Positions 56,268-63,653 of a stretch of DNA of 64,000 nucleotides are shown here, in pieces. The DNA comes from an uncultured Pelagibacteraceae bacterium. Lineage in GTDB: Bacteria > Pseudomonadota > Alphaproteobacteria > Pelagibacterales > AG-422-B15. Location: contig CACPJE010000001.1 in assembly GCA_902634045.1 (NCBI GenBank), positions 4,319 to 68,318 of the forward strand. Direction: 5' to 3'. The notes below the pieces were generated by a model. It was not told the origin of the DNA and did not search any database. It worked only from the letters and a program-made list of their open reading frames with translations. The stretch's first letter is position 1, and each line of letters starts with the position of its first letter. Position numbers and translations under genes: made by a program.

Positions 56268-56312
56268 AAGAGATTTATTTAATATTTTAGGATACGATAT
56301 AAATATAATTAT

Positions 56313-57353
56313 ATGTCTTCTTCTCAATCAATAATTAAGTGTGAATCTGTCTATAAGATTTTTGGAGCCAATGCTGAAAAGATGCTCAAAGATGTTAATG
56401 GTAATGTCGATGCTAAAACATTTCAGGAAGCAGGCTGTATTGTTGGAGTAAATAATGCATCATTTGAAGTTTCAAAAGGAGAAATGCTTGTTGTAATGGG
56501 TCTATCAGGATCAGGAAAATCAACATTGCTTCGCTGCATTTCAAGACTTACAGACGCAACATCTGGTAAAATTTATATTGATGGTCAGGACTTATTAAAA
56601 CTAAAAAATAAGGAGCTAATAGAATTAAGAAGAAATAAAATGGGCATGGTTTTTCAAAGCTTTGCCTTATTGCCACATAAAACTGTGCTTGAAAATATTG
56701 CATTTCCTCTACAAATCAAAGGTATTAAGACTCAGGAGAGTATCTCTAGAGCAATGGATATGCTTAAGCTTGTAGGTCTTGATGGTAGGGAAAATTATTT
56801 CCCAAGAGAATTGTCTGGAGGACAGCAACAAAGAGTAGGTATTGCTAGGTCTCTAGCAGTAGAGCCAGATATATGGTTTTTAGATGAGCCTTTTTCAGCT
56901 TTAGATCCATTAATTCGAAAAGAAATGCAGGATGAATTTTTAAGACTACAAAGCTCACTAAAAAAAACTATTTTGTTTGTTACTCATGATTTTGATGAAG
57001 CATTGAAACTTGCAGATCGAATTGCAATTATGAAAGATGGAATTATTGAACAATTAGACTCACCTGCAAATATTGTTTTAAATCCAGCAACAGAATATGT
57101 ACGTAAGTTTACGCAAGAAGTTCCTAGAGAAAAAGTTTTGAAAATTGAATCTGTAATGGATCCAGTTGATGATGATCAGAATCTTAGTGATTTTAAAGTT
57201 TTAAAAGATGCAGTTCTTGAAACGGTTGCAGAAAAAATTTTAGAGCAAGATAAATCTGTGCCAGTTGTTGACTCTAATCAAAATGTTGTTGGCATTATCA
57301 AGCCTTCAAAAGTAATTCATGTTGTTTTTGGAAATACTGACATTAACTCGTAA
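56313..57353 (+). CDS. tmoV: ABC transporter ATP-binding protein, ProV-like (TmoV-type)
   Basis: 346 aa. Walker A GLSGSGKST, signature LSGGQQQRV, Walker B IWFLDEPFSALD, and a C-terminal regulatory (CBS-like) extension. Confidence 0.9.
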   Translation: MSSSQSIIKCESVYKIFGANAEKMLKDVNGNVDAKTFQEAGCIVGVNNASFEVSKGEMLVVMGLSGSGKSTLLRCISRLTDATSGKIYIDGQDLLKLKNKELIELRRNKMGMVFQSFALLPHKTVLENIAFPLQIKGIKTQESISRAMDMLKLVGLDGRENYFPRELSGGQQQRVGIARSLAVEPDIWFLDEPFSALDPLIRKEMQDEFLRLQSSLKKTILFVTHDFDEALKLADRIAIMKDGIIEQLDSPANIVLNPATEYVRKFTQEVPREKVLKIESVMDPVDDDQNLSDFKVLKDAVLETVAEKILEQDKSVPVVDSNQNVVGIIKPSKVIHVVFGNTDINS

Positions 57354-57356
57354 TCT

Positions 57357-59510
57357 ATGGATTTTGTAAATAAACATTCAAAACTAATTCAATGGCTTTT
57401 GTTGTTACTTACTTTTTTTGGATTAATTTTTGCAATAGATATACCTGAAGGATATAAATTCATAAGAGCTGAAGCTGAGCATGTAGTAGTTGAGGGTCAG
57501 TCTACTTACAGCTTGTTTGGAATATCTGTAAGTTATACCTATTTTAATTTTCTTTGGAGATTACCACCTTGGCTAGGATGGCTTCCTATTTGGATAAATG
57601 ATGCAGTATATTTTTTATTGAATGAATGGTGGCTAATAGATCTTTGGGATTCTGATTTTGGTGATTACAAAACACGACCATTTATGATGCATGTGACTAG
57701 GTTCATTTCATCAATTTTACTTTTTTTAATTGAATTTGTTCGTGAAATATTCATTGGTGGAGTTAAAACAGTAGTAGCATTTACTAGCTGGGACTGGATT
57801 GATACTAACCCTTGGGCAGAATTTCTTGGAATCCCTTGGACCATTGTCACTGTTGGTGCAATTTTAATGGGATATAACTTGGCTGGAAGAGGCTTAGCAG
57901 TTTTTGCTGGCGCTACCATGATTTATATTTCTGTGTTTGGTCAATGGGAACCGTCGATGCAAACACTATCATTTATTCTCGTAGCGGCACCAGTTTCTTT
58001 TATTCTTGGTTTAAGCCTGGGAGTATTAGCTTACAGAAGCAGAAGAATTGAAAAGATATTATCTCCTATTCTTATGGTTATGCAAGTAACGCCCCAATAT
58101 GCTTACCTTGTCCCTGCAATGGTTCTTTTTGGAATTGGAGATCAAGCTGGAGCGATTGTAACAATAGTTGTTGCAACTCCACCCATGATCTTATTAACGG
58201 TACTAGGCCTGAGAGCAGTATCTCCTGAAGTTATTGAAGCTGGCAAAATGAGTGGATGTAGTGATTTGCAACTTACCCTTAAAGTGTTAATCCCAACTGC
58301 AAAAAGAGATATTTTAATCGGCGTTAATCAGGTCATCATGGTGTGTTTATCGATGGCCGTTATTGCATCATTTATAGGAGCTAAAGGATTAGGCTGGAAT
58401 TTATTATTGGCTTTAAATCGTCTTAACATTGGATTAGCTCTAGAGGCCGGAGTTTGTATCACTCTAATTGCTGTTCTTTTAGATAGAATGTCTTTAGCAT
58501 GGGCAAATAAGCAAAAAGATTATTTTACTAACCTTAATTTTTTTCAGCGTTATAAATATACTTTAATTTTTATTGGAACAGCAATAATAGGATCGATACT
58601 TGCTTATTTAGGTTCTTTCTATTTCAAAGAGGGATTTAATTATTTATTTGAAGTTCCTCATAACAAAGGATTATCTAACGCAGATTCCTGGAATAATGGT
58701 GTTGATTGGATATGGGATACATTTTTTCATCCACTAAAAATATTTAATACATGGTTAATCGTTGATGTGCTCCAGCCTATGAGAGCTGCTTTTCTCCGTA
58801 TGCCAGTTGTTGCAACATTTGTTTTAGTTATGGGGGCGGGATATATCATTGGTGGAATTAGATCAGCTCTTATTGTAGGAGGACTAACTCTGTTTATTGC
58901 TTTAACAGAATGGTGGGATAGAGCGCTAGTTACTGCATACATGGCAACTTGCGGGGTTATAATTTCAACTATAATTGGAGTGACAGTAGGTACTTTTTGT
59001 TCTCAAAATAATTATGCTTCAAAATTCATTTTAGGTGTTTGTGACACCTTCCAAACCTTCCCTTCATTTGTTTATTTAATTCCTGTTATGATGTTATTTG
59101 GAGTAACAGATACAGCGGTATTAATTGCTGTGGTTGTTTATGCGACTATTCCTGCAACACGCTACACAGTTGAAGGCCTTCGAAGTATTCCTCCAAGTTT
59201 ACACGATGCTGCAGCCATGTCTGGGGTAAATACTTTTCAAAGATTAATTAAAATAGATTTTCCTCTAGCTTTTCCTCATATTATGCTTGGAGTTAATCAA
59301 ACTGTTGTCTTTGCTTTATTCATGGTGATTATTGGTGCATTCATAGGAACTGAAGATTTAGGACAATATATTTTAAAGGCTTTATCCGATAGGCAAGGAG
59401 CTGGTAAAGGTTTAATACTTGGAGTTTGTGTTGCTTTTATTGGTCTGATTGTTGATAATTTAATCAGAACCTATGCTGAAAGAAGAAAGAAAGAATTAGG
59501 TTTCAGTTAA
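57357..59510 (+). CDS. tmoW: ABC transporter permease, tandem-fused ProW-like (TmoW-type)
   Basis: 717 aa. Two permease modules, each with its own EAA-type loop (EAGKMSGCSDLQLTLKVLIP and HDAAAMSGVNTFQRLIKIDFP). Confidence 0.88.
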   Translation: MDFVNKHSKLIQWLLLLLTFFGLIFAIDIPEGYKFIRAEAEHVVVEGQSTYSLFGISVSYTYFNFLWRLPPWLGWLPIWINDAVYFLLNEWWLIDLWDSDFGDYKTRPFMMHVTRFISSILLFLIEFVREIFIGGVKTVVAFTSWDWIDTNPWAEFLGIPWTIVTVGAILMGYNLAGRGLAVFAGATMIYISVFGQWEPSMQTLSFILVAAPVSFILGLSLGVLAYRSRRIEKILSPILMVMQVTPQYAYLVPAMVLFGIGDQAGAIVTIVVATPPMILLTVLGLRAVSPEVIEAGKMSGCSDLQLTLKVLIPTAKRDILIGVNQVIMVCLSMAVIASFIGAKGLGWNLLLALNRLNIGLALEAGVCITLIAVLLDRMSLAWANKQKDYFTNLNFFQRYKYTLIFIGTAIIGSILAYLGSFYFKEGFNYLFEVPHNKGLSNADSWNNGVDWIWDTFFHPLKIFNTWLIVDVLQPMRAAFLRMPVVATFVLVMGAGYIIGGIRSALIVGGLTLFIALTEWWDRALVTAYMATCGVIISTIIGVTVGTFCSQNNYASKFILGVCDTFQTFPSFVYLIPVMMLFGVTDTAVLIAVVVYATIPATRYTVEGLRSIPPSLHDAAAMSGVNTFQRLIKIDFPLAFPHIMLGVNQTVVFALFMVIIGAFIGTEDLGQYILKALSDRQGAGKGLILGVCVAFIGLIVDNLIRTYAERRKKELGFS

Positions 59511-60581
59511 TTACTCAATACTTGTAATTTCAATTTCATTTGAATTAACTGGAAGAATAATCATTGTTCCATCCTTAGCTAAAGTCCAATCAGGAAAAAT
59601 CTTACTCAAACCTCTTGTGAATATTTGTTCAGCTATATATCCATCAGGAGCTGGAGATAGGTGATTTAAAATTAAATGATCAACTTCTGCTTTTTTTGCA
59701 ACTCTTGCTGCTTCTTTAGGGGTAGAGTGATAATTTTTTATATCTTCCATTATCTTTGCGTTGAATTGGCCACTATTTTCTAACTCTTCTCTTGCCATTT
59801 CCACCAGCATATTGGACTGTGCTTCATGAATAAGAACGTCAGCATCCTTAGCATTTTTGATCACGTTGTTATTCATTGTTGTATCCCCGCTAATAACAAT
59901 AGATCGATCTTTATAATCAAATCGAAATCCAAATGCAGGTTCTACAGGTGAGTGATTAACTGTGAAAGCAATTATTTTTAAATCATTCTCATCAAAGACT
60001 TTAGATTCTTGAACGATCGTAATGGGGTTGTAGCCTGCAACTTTTAATGGAGCTAAATTATCACCGTGATGCATATTTCTGTATAAATAATCAAGTTTAT
60101 GACTCATTTCAAATCCTTGAGTTATTAACTCAATACCCCTTGGACCATAAACATCTAACTTTTTTGTTCTATCTACCCCTATCCAAGTAACTAGATTTAA
60201 GTCAGCTAAATCTGAGATATGATCAGAGTGCATATGAGTTATCAATACAGCTTTAATTTTATTAAATGGTATATTCCAGTTTCTAAGATTTGCTACGCTT
60301 CCATCGCCTACATCAACGATGTAGATATGCTCTCCAGCAATAATCATGGTACATGTTTCTGCTCGGTCTGGGGGAGCAGTAATTGGAGACCTTGTCCCAC
60401 ATGTAACTGCACTTAATGCATCATAGTCAGGTATTTTAGTATTTCCTAATATTGCTCTTTGAACTTGAGCCTTTATAGTCAACTTGGCTGCTAGATCTTG
60501 TACAGCAGTAAATTGAATAGCAATTAATGTGAGAATGCTTATAGCAATTATTAGTAAAAGAAAGTGTTTCAGTATCCTCAT
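59511..60581 (-). CDS. Membrane-anchored MBL-fold metallo-hydrolase (RNase Z/ElaC-like)
   Basis: 356 aa with an N-terminal TM/signal anchor and the metal motif HMHSDH. Confidence 0.8.
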   Translation of the reverse strand: MRILKHFLLLIIAISILTLIAIQFTAVQDLAAKLTIKAQVQRAILGNTKIPDYDALSAVTCGTRSPITAPPDRAETCTMIIAGEHIYIVDVGDGSVANLRNWNIPFNKIKAVLITHMHSDHISDLADLNLVTWIGVDRTKKLDVYGPRGIELITQGFEMSHKLDYLYRNMHHGDNLAPLKVAGYNPITIVQESKVFDENDLKIIAFTVNHSPVEPAFGFRFDYKDRSIVISGDTTMNNNVIKNAKDADVLIHEAQSNMLVEMAREELENSGQFNAKIMEDIKNYHSTPKEAARVAKKAEVDHLILNHLSPAPDGYIAEQIFTRGLSKIFPDWTLAKDGTMIILPVNSNEIEITSIE

Positions 60582-60804
60582 AATTAATCTAATTCAATAA
60601 TATTAAAAAAATTATCGTAAATGAATTTTAGAGTTTTTGAAGTGTTTAAAAGATTGAGTCTTTATAAATTAAGAACAAACAAAGACAGATTAAAAAGATA
60701 GCTAGGTAAAGACCATATTTTGCCTTTGGAAAGGCAACATTTTGCATTCTTGATGGCCGTTCTTGTTTATTATCTTCTGTCATTAAAATATTTATTTCAA
60801 GCTA

Positions 60805-60834
60805 GCAAAGGACACTGGATTCAGTGTCCTTTGC
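60805..60834 (-). terminator. Hairpin downstream of the amt/small-ORF pair (candidate terminator)
   Basis: 12-bp perfect stem (GCAAAGGACACT / AGTGTCCTTTGC) with a 6-nt loop, 16 nt after the stop of the 71-aa ORF. The flanking T-tracts are weak on both strands, so termination is not certain. Confidence 0.5.
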
Positions 60835-60849
60835 AAAGTCTAATTTTTA

Positions 60850-61065
60850 TTACCAGTTGGTAATATTACTTTTATGGTCATTTGGACCAGGAGCTCTATT
60901 GCGAACTTCCTCATGTTCTTCAGTCTCGCTGATGCCAGTAATGACATGCCAGCCAAGCCAAATCACAATTGCAAGAACTAACCACCAAACTTCTGTTCCA
61001 ACATACGGGTAAACCTGACCTTGGCCAGATTCCATAACTTCTACCCAGTTTGTTACTGTAGCCAT
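60850..61065 (-). CDS. Small Trp-rich single-TM membrane protein co-transcribed with amt
   Basis: 71 aa. Perfect SD (AGGAGG at 61071-61076) 5 nt before the ATG and immediately after the amt stop. One TM (VWWLVLAIVIWLGWHVITGI). Much more GC-rich than the genome background. Confidence 0.7.
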   Translation of the reverse strand: MATVTNWVEVMESGQGQVYPYVGTEVWWLVLAIVIWLGWHVITGISETEEHEEVRNRAPGPNDHKSNITNW

Positions 61066-61076
61066 AGTTTCCTCCT

Positions 61077-62450
61077 TTATTGTTCAGCAGAAGCAACAGT
61101 TTCTTCGTCTTTTTTTGCTGCCTCCATTGCTAAGTAGTCTTGACCAGCTATCTCAACTTCTCTAGGAATACGTAATTGTCCTACACTATTAAGTATAAGT
61201 GCAATTACATAACCTGGTAAGAAACCAAGAACACCGAACATAATAACTGCGCCAGCTAACATTCCTAAAGGATTGATTGCTGCATATCCTTCGTAAGTTG
61301 AAGAAGGATATCCCCATAAAACGAAGCCACAAATTAAAAGTCCGACAACACCGGCATAACCATGAACCGCGACTGCGCCTACAGCGTCATCAATTTTGAA
61401 TCGACGCTCTACCCAGTAATGTAGTTTGTACATAATTACTACACCGATCATAGCAATGACCATTGATTGTAAAGGATGGTACAAGTCGTTTCCTGCAGAC
61501 GCACAGATTATTCCTGCAAGTCCACTTGAATACGTCCAGAAAGGATCTCCCTTTGCTACTACATAACCAGCTAGCAAACCACCAGCGAGTGACATTAAGA
61601 AGTTCATTGTAACTCCACTTAGAGTTGTTGGAGCAGCATAGATATTAGTTGCAGTGAAGTATGTTACTCCTGCACCAGAATCAGCTCCAGCATCAAAAAT
61701 TGGAATATTACAAGCTGCATAGAAACCCCAGAACCCTGTATAAATTAAAAACAGTCCTAGAGTAACTAACCAAGGGTTTCTTGGTCCAATGTTTTGAGGT
61801 ACGCCATTTACAAATTTTCCAATTCGTGGACCCAACACAACAAGTACACCTAAAGCAAATCCACCACAAACTGCGTGAATTACACCAGAAGCATAAGCAT
61901 CATGATATCCCAAAACTTTAACCATCCATCCATCAAAGTGCCATCCCCAAGATGCATCGATTGACCAGAATACAGAACCAATTGCGATAGCTAAAACGCC
62001 AAAGGCACTAATTCGGATTCTTTCAATCACTGCTCCTGAAACGATAGAAGCGGCAGTCCAAGAGAACAGCAAGAATGCTGCCCAGAACACACCACTGATG
62101 TGATCGCCCATGTTAATTGCCATTGCAGGACCAGTAGGGTTTCCTAATTCATTAGCTCCCCATCCGTCTGCAACTAAGTTCATTCCAGACTCACCACTAA
62201 TTATTGATGTGCCTAGACCTGGACCATTAATGAAGGCCCAATAAATCCACCAACCAAAGAAAAACCAAGTAATTGTTACCAATGGTATTAGCATTGTGTT
62301 CTTCATAAGAGTGTGTTGATGGTTTTTGTAACGAGAGACTCCAACTTCATACATACAGAACCCGACATGAATTAAGAACATGAGGACTACTGTGATCCAG
62401 TAGTAAAATTCTGTAAATATGGTTACCAGAGCCGATAACTCATTATCCAT
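61077..62450 (-). CDS. amt: Ammonium (or methylammonium) transporter, Amt family
   Basis: 457 aa, 11-12 TM, with Amt signatures (AASIVSGAVIERI, DDAVGAVAVHGYAGVVG). Confidence 0.93.
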   Translation of the reverse strand: MDNELSALVTIFTEFYYWITVVLMFLIHVGFCMYEVGVSRYKNHQHTLMKNTMLIPLVTITWFFFGWWIYWAFINGPGLGTSIISGESGMNLVADGWGANELGNPTGPAMAINMGDHISGVFWAAFLLFSWTAASIVSGAVIERIRISAFGVLAIAIGSVFWSIDASWGWHFDGWMVKVLGYHDAYASGVIHAVCGGFALGVLVVLGPRIGKFVNGVPQNIGPRNPWLVTLGLFLIYTGFWGFYAACNIPIFDAGADSGAGVTYFTATNIYAAPTTLSGVTMNFLMSLAGGLLAGYVVAKGDPFWTYSSGLAGIICASAGNDLYHPLQSMVIAMIGVVIMYKLHYWVERRFKIDDAVGAVAVHGYAGVVGLLICGFVLWGYPSSTYEGYAAINPLGMLAGAVIMFGVLGFLPGYVIALILNSVGQLRIPREVEIAGQDYLAMEAAKKDEETVASAEQ

Positions 62451-62615
62451 ATTACTCTCCCCTTAATAATTATTAAAAAGTACTGGGAAATATTGTAAAG
62501 TATGAGAAGTGGGGCGCAAGAAAGAGAATCTCTTGTTTTATAAGGACTTAGTATAAAAATAAATATATATAGAATCTGTACATAATAATTCTACGTATAT
62601 TTGAAGAATGTAAAG

Positions 62616-63638
62616 ATGAAATCAATTGAGCTAGTTTCTGTGAATTGTTGTGGTGAAGTAGGAGATGTCATTATCAGTGGAGTGGAGCCTCCACCAGGAA
62701 AAACAGTTTTTGAGCAAGCAGAGTTCATCAAACAAGATAAGAAACTATGGAACTACGTTTTAAATGAGCCTCGAGGTGGGGTTTTTAAACATGTAAATCT
62801 TATTGTGCCTGCAAAAGATCCTAGTGCAGACATGGGATTCATTATTATGGAGCCTGCAGATGTGCCACCGATGTCAGGTAGCAATGCAATATGTGTAGCA
62901 ACAGTATTATTAGAAAAAGCCATTATTCCAATTACTAATTCTACAATGAAACTTACTTTAGAAGCACCAGGTGGATTACTTAATGTTGAAGCAAAGTGTA
63001 GCGAGAAGAAAGTTAAAAGTATAAAGATAACAAACTTTCCTTCTTTTGTTTTAGATTTAGAAAAAGAAATTAAATGTGAAGAAATTGGAAATCTCATAGT
63101 CACTACTGCATACGGTGGAGATGGTTTTGTTTTAGTTAACAGTAAAGATTTAGGAATTGAAATTAAACCAGAGAACGCTGATCAAATTGTTAACGTATGT
63201 TCTAAAATAATTAAAGTTGCAAATGAACAACTAGGATTTAGTCATCCACTAGTTCCAAACATGAATGCAATTTCTTTTTGTATGTTGATGGATAAGCCTG
63301 AAGTGAATTCAGATGGCATTAAACAAGCACGTAATACAGTTTGTATTAGACCAAAAAAACTTGATCGATCACCATGTGGTACTGGAACTTCAGCGCGTTT
63401 GGCATATATGCATCTTAAAAAAGAAATAAATTTACATGAGAAATTTATTTCACAGTCAATTTTAGATACAACTTTTGAATGTGAGTTAGTTAGTGAAGAA
63501 GAAAAAGATGGCACTGTATGCGTTGTTCCTGAAATTAAAGGTCAAGCATGGATAACTGGAGAGCAGAAACTATATCTTGATGATAATAATCCTTTTCCTA
63601 ACGGCTATCGATTAACTGATACTTGGCCTAAAGAATAA
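62616..63638 (+). CDS. Proline racemase/4-hydroxyproline epimerase-family enzyme (divergent)
   Basis: The track ORF starts at TTG 62601. ATG 62616 (MKSIELVSV) fits family N-termini. NEPRG and DRSPCGTGTSARLAY are present. The first catalytic position reads MSGSNAI (Ser instead of Cys). Confidence 0.82.
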   Translation: MKSIELVSVNCCGEVGDVIISGVEPPPGKTVFEQAEFIKQDKKLWNYVLNEPRGGVFKHVNLIVPAKDPSADMGFIIMEPADVPPMSGSNAICVATVLLEKAIIPITNSTMKLTLEAPGGLLNVEAKCSEKKVKSIKITNFPSFVLDLEKEIKCEEIGNLIVTTAYGGDGFVLVNSKDLGIEIKPENADQIVNVCSKIIKVANEQLGFSHPLVPNMNAISFCMLMDKPEVNSDGIKQARNTVCIRPKKLDRSPCGTGTSARLAYMHLKKEINLHEKFISQSILDTTFECELVSEEEKDGTVCVVPEIKGQAWITGEQKLYLDDNNPFPNGYRLTDTWPKE

Positions 63639-63653
63639 AAAGTTATAAAGAAA

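Noticed and set aside
60824-61012. Plus-strand 62-aa ORF overlapping the 71-aa minus-strand ORF downstream of amt.
   Set aside because: The minus-strand ORF has a perfect AGGAGG SD, a clean TM helix and operon logic with amt. The plus-strand frame has no RBS and starts inside the terminator-like hairpin region.
62522-62534. AAGAGA-A-TCTCTT palindrome and the adjacent GC-rich GGGGCGC patch upstream of amt, considered as a nitrogen-regulator site or riboswitch.
   Set aside because: The palindrome is short enough to arise by chance. I found no complementary partner for the GC patch and no resemblance to a known nitrogen-control motif that I can verify by eye.
11970-62572. Recurrent TATATAG-type motif in intergenic spacers: 11970-11978, 23421-23429 and 23432-23438, 54124-54132, 62563-62572, and the reverse strand at 26853-26860.
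   Set aside because: In a genome of about 30% GC, alternating TA runs in promoters are expected and probably represent -10-like boxes. Without genome-wide enrichment statistics this is not evidence for a specific regulon.
62601-62615. TTG start of the proline-racemase-family ORF given in the track.
   Set aside because: ATG 62616 (MKSIELVSV) matches the usual family N-terminus position. The 5 extra codons have no support.
8325-63514. About 26 track ORFs of 60-116 aa lie antisense to, or nested inside, the large annotated genes: 8325-8540, 9049-9270, 9541-9735, 11114-11323, 13753-13947, 15466-15696, 16341-16616, 17182-17412, 20173-20373, 22731-22970, 27631-27819, 36771-37025, 37989-38180, 39711-39983, 46231-46464, 46923-47150, 48160-48408, 48759-48959, 52539-52805, 53190-53372, 57665-57919, 58727-58942, 60219-60416, 62753-63103 and 63242-63514.
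   Set aside because: Each is fully overlapped by a longer ORF with clear family motifs. Their translations are low-complexity or odd in composition and carry no recognisable motif. Such shadow ORFs are expected opposite real genes.
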